Assembly: GCA_032691205.1 (NCBI GenBank)
Contig: GCA_032691205.1_4541.1
Length of the DNA stretch: 64,000 bases
Reading direction: 5' to 3' (one strand)
Origin: a phage
This document shows, piece after piece, positions 36,388 to 44,241 of this stretch. Each line of letters opens with the position of its first letter. Within the stretch, counting starts at the first letter, position 1. Made by a program: the position numbers and the translations under genes. Under the pieces are notes generated by a model, which was not told the origin of the DNA, made no database searches, and was given only the letters and a program-made list of their open reading frames with translations.

Positions 36388-36633
36388 TTAGTTTGCGAAA
36401 TATGGCGCGGCGGCTGATGCCGTTAATCTCCAAGTGATTTGGCTATCGATCAAGTATTCTTCATTCTTGATCCGCACGGTATCAATCGAGAAGTTACTGA
36501 AAGGCTTGCTCTTGATTTTACGAACAACCGTTACACGACGGTTATTTTTCATCTCTTTTAACTGAATCCAGGCGTAACCTTTTTCATTGACAAATATTTC
36601 ATTGTGATTGGTGATAGATGATAAGTGTTTCAT
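36388..36633 (-). CDS. hypothetical protein (81 aa)
   Basis: ORF track. Confidence 0.5.
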   Translation of the reverse strand: MKHLSSITNHNEIFVNEKGYAWIQLKEMKNNRRVTVVRKIKSKPFSNFSIDTVRIKNEEYLIDSQITWRLTASAAAPYFAN

Positions 36634-36654
36634 GATTTGTTTCTCTTCTGTTTT

Positions 36655-36714
36655 GAGCGGTGGACCATTCCGCCGCCCTATGTGTTACATCTTACTACTT
36701 TTTTAAACATTGTC
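36655..36714 (-). promoter_or_regulatory. PeSL-like cassette (hairpin gcggtggaccattccgccgc)
   Basis: -35 tgtcaa at 36709-36714. Confidence 0.6.
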
Positions 36715-36724
36715 AAGGATATTT

Positions 36725-37006
36725 TTAACTATATGATCCACATCGTTCGCAGTAGTGATCATCGTCGTCATCTGCTACCTGGCTGATAAAATGATCTACC
36801 TTTGCTTTCAAATTATTATAATTGCTTTCTACTTCCTGTAGTCGTCGTTGGTAGTATTCCAGGGCTTGCACATAGGCCATTTGTTCGGTTTTAGCTTGCA
36901 CAGCTAAATTCATGCCGCGCGTTTCATCGTATAACCAATAACCATCATTACATTCACTAATAGATAGTGTAGGGCTTAGTTTTTCGTGACGGATAACCTT
37001 GCTCAT
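36725..37006 (-). CDS. hypothetical protein (93 aa)
   Basis: ORF track; C-terminal CERCGS. Confidence 0.55.
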   Translation of the reverse strand: MSKVIRHEKLSPTLSISECNDGYWLYDETRGMNLAVQAKTEQMAYVQALEYYQRRLQEVESNYNNLKAKVDHFISQVADDDDDHYCERCGSYS

Positions 37007-37016
37007 GGTGTGCCCC

Positions 37017-37124
37017 TTACTTCAAAATGATTGTTGTGATAACTGCTACGGTGATCCAAAATGGAACGGCTAGAATGATAGCGTTAATCGTTCCAACCGT
37101 CAAACTATTTCCTTTATTAATCAT
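37017..37124 (-). CDS. small membrane peptide (35 aa), not in ORF track
   Basis: Own translation MINKGNSLTVGTINAIILAVPFWITVAVITTIILK; RBS AAGAGG. Confidence 0.4.
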   Translation of the reverse strand: MINKGNSLTVGTINAIILAVPFWITVAVITTIILK

Positions 37125-37153
37125 TGTAAGCCTCTTGCATAATTTCACTATGA

Positions 37154-37210
37154 GCGGCACCATTGCCGCCCTACGTGGTAAATATTATGCCAGTGGCGGC
37201 GATATGTCAA
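37154..37210 (-). promoter_or_regulatory. PeSL-like cassette (hairpin gcggcaccattgccgcc)
   Basis: -35 tgtcaa at 37205-37210 overlaps stop of upstream gene. Confidence 0.6.
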
Positions 37211-37773
37211 AGACTATTTTCAAAGTTTTCTAGTGCGATCCTTTTTTCTTCCTCTGTCGGCTGATAATCAGGAAAAGCATCAACACACAACAACGGCGGG
37301 ATCTCTTCGTACTCTTCCTCTTCCGTTGTCTCCTCGTCTTCCTCCTGGGCTATGGCTGCAATTTTGGCTAATTTTCTTTCAGCTTGAATCAATTTACCAT
37401 CAAGTACGTTTTTTGCCATGTTGTAAGCGGTCCAGGTGATGCGCTTACTTTCCAGGGCCTGATCGAGCGCCGCTATCTTGCTGGGGTATTCATCCAGGAC
37501 ACGAAAAGCCGGATCAACTTTGTACAAAGGATTATCTTTCGCGCCGTCGCTCGCATCTTCCGCACTGGATAAATCAGCGTTACCATTTGCCAGCCAGCCA
37601 GGGCGCACATAACGCGCTTTTACGTTGCCGTTACTACGTGCTAATCTGTTACCTATTTGCTCACCGCTATATCCCGTGGATTCATCGATAAGATGATCGG
37701 GAATGATGCGCGGATCATCTGCTTCATGTTTTACCCAAGACTGGATCACATATTCGCGGCCCATATTAACCAC
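37207..37773 (-). CDS. hypothetical protein (188 aa), acidic C-terminus
   Basis: ORF track. Confidence 0.6.
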   Translation of the reverse strand: MVNMGREYVIQSWVKHEADDPRIIPDHLIDESTGYSGEQIGNRLARSNGNVKARYVRPGWLANGNADLSSAEDASDGAKDNPLYKVDPAFRVLDEYPSKIAALDQALESKRITWTAYNMAKNVLDGKLIQAERKLAKIAAIAQEEDEETTEEEEYEEIPPLLCVDAFPDYQPTEEEKRIALENFENSL

Positions 37774-38023
37774 CTTTTTTCAACAATTGGCATACTTTAA
37801 AAAGACTTGCTGAATCCTTGCAAGGGTAGAAAGATGTACGATAATCACGTACGCCAACCTTGCGGATCTCGATGTTCTCGCATGTTGTTTGATCAAAGAT
37901 ATTTATTTCATCACGCCCCCTTATATAAACATAGTGGGGATGTATTAACGCATATTTTGCTAATCTGTAAAAAGCGTTATCTTTGAACGCGATCACGTGA
38001 CCTTTTAATTTGATGTAAAACAT
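37766..38023 (-). CDS. hypothetical protein (85 aa)
   Basis: ORF track. Confidence 0.5.
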   Translation of the reverse strand: MFYIKLKGHVIAFKDNAFYRLAKYALIHPHYVYIRGRDEINIFDQTTCENIEIRKVGVRDYRTSFYPCKDSASLFKVCQLLKKGG

Positions 38024-38041
38024 TCTACCACCTTACAAATA

Positions 38042-38096
38042 GCGGGAACTATTCCCGCTTTATGTAACATATTAACAAATTATTCGTTAATGTCAA
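38042..38096 (-). promoter_or_regulatory. PeSL-like cassette (hairpin gcgggaactattcccgc)
   Basis: -35 tgtcaa at 38091-38096. Confidence 0.6.
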
Positions 38097-38099
38097 GCC

Positions 38100-38372
38100 T
38101 TAAAGCAAAAACGCTACATCTTGCGCTTTTAGTGTAGTATCAACCATTTTCGGGCTTTTATAATCAACAAAGCGCGCGGTTTTTTCAATAGCGAAACCGA
38201 GATAATCTTGCTTGTTGAAATTACATTCTTTCTTAAATGTTTCCCGTGCAATGGCAATCGCTGCGTCCAGGGATAAACGCCCGTCAATATTGATATTAGC
38301 GAAAGATCCGCCACCGCTCATAGGTTTACCAGTTGTGCCAGCTACGATCATTGTTGCGCTATATGATGCCAT
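38100..38372 (-). CDS. hypothetical protein (90 aa)
   Basis: ORF track. Confidence 0.5.
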   Translation of the reverse strand: MASYSATMIVAGTTGKPMSGGGSFANINIDGRLSLDAAIAIARETFKKECNFNKQDYLGFAIEKTARFVDYKSPKMVDTTLKAQDVAFLL

Positions 38373-38407
38373 GATGATAATCTCTCTTCTGTTACGAGCG
38401 GGAAACC

Positions 38408-38466
38408 ACTTCCCGCCCTATGTGATACATCTTATCAGGTTGTTGTTTGTTGTCAATACTTTTTAT
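38408..38466 (-). promoter_or_regulatory. PeSL-like cassette (hairpin gcgggaaaccacttcccgc)
   Basis: -35 tgtcaa at 38461-38466 overlaps stop of upstream gene. Confidence 0.6.
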
Positions 38467-38660
38467 TCTATCCCTGCAATTTGATTAACGCGCTTGCATT
38501 TTGTAGCGTGCTGGTCTTCTGTAATGACTCCCATTTCTAACAGGGAATCAATGAAAGATAAAACCGTTTCATGATCATCCTGGGGATGACTGAACTCAGT
38601 AAAACCGTTTACTATTACGTTGATTTGTCCAGCTTTCGCCACAATGTGCAATGTTGCCAT
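38463..38660 (-). CDS. hypothetical protein (65 aa)
   Basis: Track ORF trimmed to ATG 38660 (RBS GGAG) because the cassette hairpin lies inside the track ORF. Confidence 0.45.
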   Translation of the reverse strand: MATLHIVAKAGQINVIVNGFTEFSHPQDDHETVLSFIDSLLEMGVITEDQHATKCKRVNQIAGIE

Positions 38661-38681
38661 GATCTTAACTCCAAATAGTGA

Positions 38682-38738
38682 GCGGCACCATTGCCGCGCT
38701 ACGTGGTAAATATTATGCCGCCACCTGGCGAACGTCAA
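38682..38738 (-). promoter_or_regulatory. PeSL-like cassette (hairpin gcggcaccattgccgc; TTGACG N17 TAATAT)
   Basis: -35 at 38733-38738. Confidence 0.6.
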
Positions 38739-38847
38739 CCACTTTTTCAATCTTTTTTATTTTCTTTTTGCTTGCTATATATAAAGGAAAGGGTTATCAT
38801 CTTTCTACCGCGCCAACCAGGGCGCACAACAAAGAAAGGGCGACACC

Positions 38848-39114
38848 ATGACAAATACTACATTACATCTTATGCACTCATTGGGCTGGCAAGGCGGCAC
38901 GGTGCACCAGGTAGCAAGCGCAACGGGCTTAAAGGTTGAAACCGTTCTCAACCTATCAGATTATAAGGTCGAGGATAGTTATCAATTACAAAGTTACACG
39001 GGCGGTTTTACCTGGGCGCGTGAAGGTGGGAAAGAAAGCAATATACCACATTGGGGAAAAGGTGATATTCATTTTTGGCTAGGTGTCCTGACCTGGCAAG
39101 AAAACAAAAAATAA
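38848..39114 (+). CDS. hypothetical protein (88 aa)
   Basis: ORF track; RBS AAGGG; isolated plus-strand ORF between minus blocks. Confidence 0.4.
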   Translation: MTNTTLHLMHSLGWQGGTVHQVASATGLKVETVLNLSDYKVEDSYQLQSYTGGFTWAREGGKESNIPHWGKGDIHFWLGVLTWQENKK

Positions 39115-39116
39115 TC

Positions 39117-39145
39117 TTGACAAGCCCAGGGATAGGGCTTATACT
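39117..39145 (+). promoter_or_regulatory. consensus sigma70 promoter TTGACA N17 TATACT
   Basis: Exact -35 hexamer; 17-nt spacer; -10 TATACT. Confidence 0.6.
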
Positions 39146-39151
39146 GTTTTA

Positions 39152-39370
39152 CATACAGAAGAGGAAGCGCCACCCCACGGCGTAAAGGCGGGGCTAACAT
39201 ACCAGGGGCACTGGTTGGAAGGTTGATCGCCGGTAGGCTGGGCGCTATATATTTGTAAAGAAATGTAAAGATAAAATAATCGCTTGCTTTCCTGGCTGGA
39301 TCTGTTATTCTTATTACATGGCGAGGGGACACGGGAGCGCGAGACAAACACCGCCCCTGCGCGTCATTCT
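39152..39370 (+). ncRNA. candidate structured small RNA (GC-rich island downstream of promoter)
   Basis: GC-rich self-complementary segments (gcgccacc..ggcgc; gaggggac..cgcccctgcgcg) with no convincing ORF. Confidence 0.3.
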
Positions 39371-39394
39371 CTAAATGAGAATGATTATCATTTA
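39365..39394. promoter_or_regulatory. palindrome CATTCTC-taaa-TGAGAATG plus Fur-box-like AATGATTATCATT
   Basis: 16 of 19 positions match the Fur-box consensus as I recall it. Confidence 0.3.
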
Positions 39395-39434
39395 CCTTAT
39401 CAAATAAGAATAAATCTCATTTATAAACTTAAAT

Positions 39435-39478
39435 GCGAATCATTATCATTTGCATTTCCATATGAGAACTCTTCTCAT
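39435..39478. promoter_or_regulatory. Fur-box-like site and ATGAGAA-ctc-TTCTCAT palindrome
   Basis: gcgaatcattatcatttgc ... atgagaactcttctcat. Confidence 0.3.
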
Positions 39479-39501
39479 TCTCACCTGCATAAAAATTTTT
39501 G

Positions 39502-39544
39502 TAAACTTTAAATTTTGCTTTTGTACTTTCATTTTTGTAAAAGC
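39502..39544. repeat. direct repeat copy 1 (about 43 bp)
   Basis: taaactttaaattttgcttttgtactttcatttttgtaaaagc. Confidence 0.55.
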
Positions 39545-39639
39545 AAAAAAACTTTAAATACTGTGGGCGCGCAAAATTTTTAAAATTTTCCTTGACTTTT
39601 GAGTTTTGTTTTGTATCTAACATTTTAAGATAATTTTCC

Positions 39640-39679
39640 TAAACTTTAAATTTTGGTTTTCAACTTTCACTTTTGTAAA
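39640..39679. repeat. direct repeat copy 2
   Basis: taaactttaaattttggttttcaactttcacttttgtaaa. Confidence 0.55.
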
Positions 39680-39921
39680 TTCTTAAAAAGTTTAAATAAT
39701 TTGAGGGATTTTTGAGATAATGGATAGTGGGAATTTGATATAACCTTTAATCTTATTAGTAGACCTTCAGGAACCCACCTAGATCGAATCCTAGTGATGC
39801 AAACTGAAAAAGATAAGTGTTTGTATAGGACAAAATAACAGGCTCTCTACGGTGCTGTAGGAGCCTTATTTCTGTGCTACAAAGTGACACCTTTGTTCTA
39901 AAAATGAAAAAAGTTAAAATA

Positions 39922-40464
39922 TCACAAATATCGTCTTTGCGGTATTTTGTCTGGGAAAAGTATTTCGATCAGTTTATTATGATATTTGCCTAAAAGATTC
40001 TGCCCTTTCCAGGTGGCAGGGTTTAGCACCCCTGGTTCATACATCCCCATTCCAATTCCGTAAACCTTATCGTAGGGGCTTGCTTCAACAAACGTTTTGT
40101 ATTGGTAAAGGTGTAAGTCTGCATACAAATCTGGATTCTGTACATATTTCAAGCATAAACCTCGCATAACAATACGCTCACGGTTCTCTTCCCATACATT
40201 GTTATCAAAATCCGACACTGCCCTACCCATACGTTTGTAATAAGCTTGGATCTTCTCATCTTTCCGTATCAAACTATGAGTCAGAATAGCCTGTGCAGTG
40301 TTGTGGTCATTAAAAAGCAAAGCTTTACGCCACATCATATATTGTTCGACACAATTAAATGTCTGATTGTAACCTGGTTCGGTTTCTGTAAAGGGTGCAA
40401 TATACCAATTACTAAAAACATCTTTATGTGAAAAGAAGAATACATAATCATCAGTTATTCGCAT
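39922..40464 (-). CDS. NADAR/YbiA-like (DUF1768) domain protein
   Basis: FFFSHKDVFSNWY, EQYMMWRKALLF, KRMGRAVSDFDNNVWE and EASPYDKVYGIG match the NADAR pattern as I recall it. Confidence 0.65.
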   Translation of the reverse strand: MRITDDYVFFFSHKDVFSNWYIAPFTETEPGYNQTFNCVEQYMMWRKALLFNDHNTAQAILTHSLIRKDEKIQAYYKRMGRAVSDFDNNVWEENRERIVMRGLCLKYVQNPDLYADLHLYQYKTFVEASPYDKVYGIGMGMYEPGVLNPATWKGQNLLGKYHNKLIEILFPDKIPQRRYL

Positions 40465-40675
40465 TTTTCATGCCTTCTAAAACTTTAGCTTGCCCGTCTT
40501 GAAAAGCTTTCATCAGAACTATCTTAAGATTGATTTCCAAACGTTCTTCATCCTCTCTATAACAATCCAACACTGCTTTAAGTTCATCATAGTGGTTCAG
40601 AATAGGTTTAAAGATTTCATGGTCTGCTAAACGTGCCATAGTTTCTCCTTTGTTAATCCATCCACCAGTAGCCAT
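40451..40675 (-). CDS. hypothetical protein (74 aa)
   Basis: ORF track. Confidence 0.5.
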   Translation of the reverse strand: MATGGWINKGETMARLADHEIFKPILNHYDELKAVLDCYREDEERLEINLKIVLMKAFQDGQAKVLEGMKNANN

Positions 40676-41018
40676 AAACTGCGTCTGCGTCGATGAGTTT
40701 GTGTTTGTTGTTCCGCATGTAGTCTAAGATAAGTAGACGTTTATTGTATCTGGAGAGATTATGACCCTCTTTTCCGCCATAGTCAAAATATTTTGCAAGA
40801 TCTTTACACTCAAACAAAATCAGTTCGGGAGTTTCTTCACACTGGTCTGTCTGGTACACTTGACGAATGATCATGTATACATCGTCGTCTTCCGCTAAAT
40901 GCTCTACTGGTCCACATCCAGCAGGAACAAATTCATAGTCCCATCTGATCAGATGTTTCTCTACTGCTTCAAAGAAGTCCATTCTTTCGTTGCGCATAAT
41001 TTGAACGTCAACTAACAT
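40653..41018 (-). CDS. hypothetical protein (121 aa)
   Basis: ORF track. Confidence 0.55.
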   Translation of the reverse strand: MLVDVQIMRNERMDFFEAVEKHLIRWDYEFVPAGCGPVEHLAEDDDVYMIIRQVYQTDQCEETPELILFECKDLAKYFDYGGKEGHNLSRYNKRLLILDYMRNNKHKLIDADAVYGYWWMD

Positions 41019-42472
41019 GTTTCCTCCTCTCTCATTATTCCACCTGCTTGGTTGATAGCACTTAAGACGATAGCCAAATCCTCGCGCAGGAAGGTTTCAC
41101 TATGACCATCTTTCATGTGCAAGCGTTCTACACAGCCAATAGACGGTAGAATCTGATCAGTCTTAGACTTTAGCTTACTCTCTAACGCCCTGCAAGCTTG
41201 GTAGGACGGCAGATCGAACAATGCTATACGGCGCATAGAGTAATTGTTGTTTGCATTCTGCCCTTTGATCCTGATATCACTGTCCTTTGCAATCCCCAAC
41301 TTGTAAGCTCCCGTGTCTTCTCCGTACTCATCAAGAATAATATTGATGTAAAATTCTTGCATATTTCTGTTCTTACAGCCTGGACAACCTTTCCCATTGA
41401 GATAATCGGTAGGTGTGATCGTTTGCTCTCCATGCTCCCTACATAGATATTTAAACTTGCTGTTATTGCTTACCTTATCAATGAATCCTATAAATTGATC
41501 CCCTCGTTCCTGGCAAGCTTTGGTCATACGGTAGGCCCATTGTTCAGGAGTGTAATGATAATATTTAGAACAACGGCAAGGAAGGCCACCCCTTTTCAAA
41601 TGACTCATCTTCATCTCAAATTTATTATCGCATAAGCCTTCTTTACAATAATCATCCTCTGCACATATAGGACATTCTACAGTCCAGTAAACCTGACGAC
41701 CTAATCTATCTACTCTATCGCTACGATAATATTTACGCTCTACATTATCAGGACAAGCTTTTATAAAATCTTCAACATGTTGTTTATCCTCCATTGTATT
41801 CCTTTGTTTCGTCATTTCTCTTTGACAACTGTAGCATCCAGTCCCTTGTTTAGCACTGTTTACAGTGGTAGTGCACCATTGACCATGAACCTTACACTCA
41901 CAAATCAACTTAGTGCGGGAACCGTTCCACGGTTCCACATAGCCTCTAACAATCCAGGGTTTTTCTTTATAAGCTTCTTCTACTTCTTCTTTATGTTTCT
42001 CCCATGCAATCGATGTTCTTTCTCTGTTTGCTTCTCCCATACACTTCCTGCATCCACTCCCGTTTTTCGCAGAAGATATAGAAGTAGACCTCCACTCCCC
42101 ATGTAAAGCACAACAACAAACCAGTTTAGTATTCCATCCTTTCCATTCTCCGTGCCATCCTGTAACAGTCCAAAACTTACCTGCCTGATTGTAAGTGGTT
42201 TGCACTTCTTCTTTATATTGCTCCCAGGTTTTTGATTTGTTTATAGATACTGCTTTACTTATAATCTCCCTACCGCATTCTGGACAACCCCTCCCTAGTT
42301 TAGCGGTATTTATGCTTGTTGTTTTCCATTCTCCATGCAGAGCACAGATGCATCTAAGTTTAGTTTTATTGCCGTTCCACGGCTCAATATAATCTACAAC
42401 AGTCCAAGACTTACCTTGATAAGCTTGTTTTATATCTGTTTTATATTGTTCCCAAGTGACTATTTTTGGCAC
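41012..42472 (-). CDS. zinc-ribbon tandem-repeat protein with C-terminal T5orf172/GIY-YIG-like domain (putative)
   Basis: Three-plus repeats of W.V..Y.EPWNG..TKL.C.C..HGEW.TT....AK.G.GC..C; C-terminus FYINIILDEYGEDTGAYKLGIAKDSDIR. Confidence 0.6.
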   Translation of the reverse strand: MPKIVTWEQYKTDIKQAYQGKSWTVVDYIEPWNGNKTKLRCICALHGEWKTTSINTAKLGRGCPECGREIISKAVSINKSKTWEQYKEEVQTTYNQAGKFWTVTGWHGEWKGWNTKLVCCCALHGEWRSTSISSAKNGSGCRKCMGEANRERTSIAWEKHKEEVEEAYKEKPWIVRGYVEPWNGSRTKLICECKVHGQWCTTTVNSAKQGTGCYSCQREMTKQRNTMEDKQHVEDFIKACPDNVERKYYRSDRVDRLGRQVYWTVECPICAEDDYCKEGLCDNKFEMKMSHLKRGGLPCRCSKYYHYTPEQWAYRMTKACQERGDQFIGFIDKVSNNSKFKYLCREHGEQTITPTDYLNGKGCPGCKNRNMQEFYINIILDEYGEDTGAYKLGIAKDSDIRIKGQNANNNYSMRRIALFDLPSYQACRALESKLKSKTDQILPSIGCVERLHMKDGHSETFLREDLAIVLSAINQAGGIMREEETC

Positions 42473-42527
42473 ACCTCCCCCTTTAGCTATTAGTGCGAGC
42501 CTACAACAAAAGAATAACTAAAATCCC

Positions 42528-42554
42528 TCCATAACAAATGCCCCTTGCGGGGCA
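42528..42554 (-). terminator. possible terminator hairpin (minus strand)
   Basis: atgccccttgcggggcat. Confidence 0.45.
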
Positions 42555-42560
42555 TCTTTA

Positions 42561-43700
42561 TTAGAACACGCTACCAAGTGTAGTGGAACGTTGTGTTACA
42601 GGCTCCAGCACCACTCGCAGAGTGTTTCCTGGTGTAGTGCTCATCACCAGAATCTTACCACCTTCAATCAGATCACAAGTTAGACCATCAGCAGTTGCAC
42701 ATAGATCAATATGTGGATCGCCATCTTCGTCTAGGATAACATAACTGTTGGTTTCCATTGCTTCCACTTCATCATCTTTCAAGCTTTGCAGATAGATGTT
42801 CAGGGAACAAGCACCCGACAAAAACTTAGTAGGGGTGAAGTCGTGCCAGTTATTGATCCAATTCACCTTCAAGGTTTTGCCATTAGCTACGATAGAAGCC
42901 ACATTCCATTTAGCATCGTTGCCTAAAGAAATACCCATCATTTCAAGACATTCTTTAAAAGTCATTTTTGGATAGAAATTCAATTCTTCTACAATGCCTT
43001 GAATAACATCGAAAGACAACTCTGTGCTAACATCCCATAAACGTTGGAAGTTATCTACGTGCTTTTTATTTACCAAGTTCTTATCCAAGTAATCTAACAT
43101 GGTTTCACTAGACAGTTTATCGTAATTGAAACTGTAATAGATACGACTAGGACGGTTTACAAAATATTCCGAGATATAGCCACTATTTTTAGTGAGGATG
43201 TAAAGTTTATTCCCACTTCCTGTTCCATCCAACAAGGTCAACAGTGCTTCCTGATCTTCTTTTTTAGCGTACACTTTATCAAATTCGTCAAATAAAACAA
43301 CAGCACGATCTGTAATTTTACTCATAAATTCTAAGAATCCAGCATCTGTGTAAGGTTGTGTAACCAAAATGGTTGGAATACCTAAACCTTCTGTGGACAT
43401 TAAAGACATGCTAATCAGTTTAGCTAACATCGTCTTACCACTGCCCTTTGTCCCTGTCAGTAACACCCCAGTATTTTTACCTTCTTTACTACGACGAGCA
43501 AATGTTTTAATAACATGTGCGGCGCGGTCTTTAGTTTCCCCATAAAGAGTGTTCGGAAGAGAGAAACTTTCGCCACGCACTAAAGAGTAGTTACCGTGCG
43601 GATCGCAGTTGACAACCCAAACTCCAGCAGGAAGTTTATTAGCTTCAACGCCATATTCCTTATTTACAACAGCCACATCTCCAAAAATAGTGTATTTCAT
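42561..43700 (-). CDS. P-loop NTPase (AAA-like ATPase)
   Basis: Walker A GTKGSGKT; Walker B-like VVLFDEFD. Confidence 0.7.
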   Translation of the reverse strand: MKYTIFGDVAVVNKEYGVEANKLPAGVWVVNCDPHGNYSLVRGESFSLPNTLYGETKDRAAHVIKTFARRSKEGKNTGVLLTGTKGSGKTMLAKLISMSLMSTEGLGIPTILVTQPYTDAGFLEFMSKITDRAVVLFDEFDKVYAKKEDQEALLTLLDGTGSGNKLYILTKNSGYISEYFVNRPSRIYYSFNYDKLSSETMLDYLDKNLVNKKHVDNFQRLWDVSTELSFDVIQGIVEELNFYPKMTFKECLEMMGISLGNDAKWNVASIVANGKTLKVNWINNWHDFTPTKFLSGACSLNIYLQSLKDDEVEAMETNSYVILDEDGDPHIDLCATADGLTCDLIEGGKILVMSTTPGNTLRVVLEPVTQRSTTLGSVF

Positions 43701-44086
43701 TAGAACGTTTCTCCTTTTAAAATAATTACTGTAAACTTTGCAGTTTTTTCACTCTTAATATTCTTGATTAATAAGTATTCTCCTCCAGGGGCATCTTTAT
43801 ATTGTTTAATAGCTACTATTTCATTTTTGCAAGTGGCTATAATCGAATAAAAAGGACGTTCCGTGTTATCTTCTTTTCCTGTATATGCCTCAACATCTTT
43901 ACACTCTTCTAGAACACCATTTCCAGGTGTATAGTAAAATTTGTTGCCTGTGATCACAACATCTTTACCAATATCCGTTTTAACTGCTACAAATTTTTGA
44001 GCGTAAGTGGTGAAGCTTACGGTAGCCAGCAATGTGGCTAAGATTAATTTTTTCATAAACTTCCCTCCTATTCCCACAACATACAA
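43700..44086 (-). CDS. secreted/periplasmic protein with signal peptide (128 aa)
   Basis: N-terminus MKKLILATLLATVSFTTYA; RBS AGGAGGGAAG. Confidence 0.6.
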   Translation of the reverse strand: MYVVGIGGKFMKKLILATLLATVSFTTYAQKFVAVKTDIGKDVVITGNKFYYTPGNGVLEECKDVEAYTGKEDNTERPFYSIIATCKNEIVAIKQYKDAPGGEYLLIKNIKSEKTAKFTVIILKGETF

Positions 44087-44232
44087 ATCGCAGCGACAAA
44101 CATATTAGCAATAGCCGCACCAAGAACTATAAACATCGCCAGTTCTGAACAATATTCACCAACCAGAGGGGATACTATTGCACAAAGTAGTCCCAATGTC
44201 AAACACAAATTGATGATGAAGTTTAAAATCAT
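44068..44232 (-). CDS. possible small membrane peptide (54 aa), not in ORF track
   Basis: Own translation MILNFIINLCLTLGLLCAIVSPLVGEY...; overlaps next gene by 19 nt. Confidence 0.3.
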   Translation of the reverse strand: MILNFIINLCLTLGLLCAIVSPLVGEYCSELAMFIVLGAAIANMFVAAICMLWE

Positions 44233-44241
44233 ATTCTCTCC

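Noticed and set aside
28640-38740. CRISPR array, considered because of the regularly recurring GC-rich repeat
   Set aside because: Repeat spacing is irregular (250-600 bp), the intervening sequences are protein-coding genes with RBSs, and each repeat is coupled to promoter hexamers; this is a promoter/stem-loop cassette array, not CRISPR.
39284-39511. Plus-strand ORF (75 aa) in the convergent noncoding region
   Set aside because: No RBS, spans palindromic operator-like repeats, low-complexity translation; the region is better explained as regulatory or RNA-coding.
39700-39800. Possible tRNA (ATCGAATCC resembles a T-loop)
   Set aside because: No acceptor stem, D-arm or anticodon arm could be built, and there is no matching 3' end; not a canonical tRNA.
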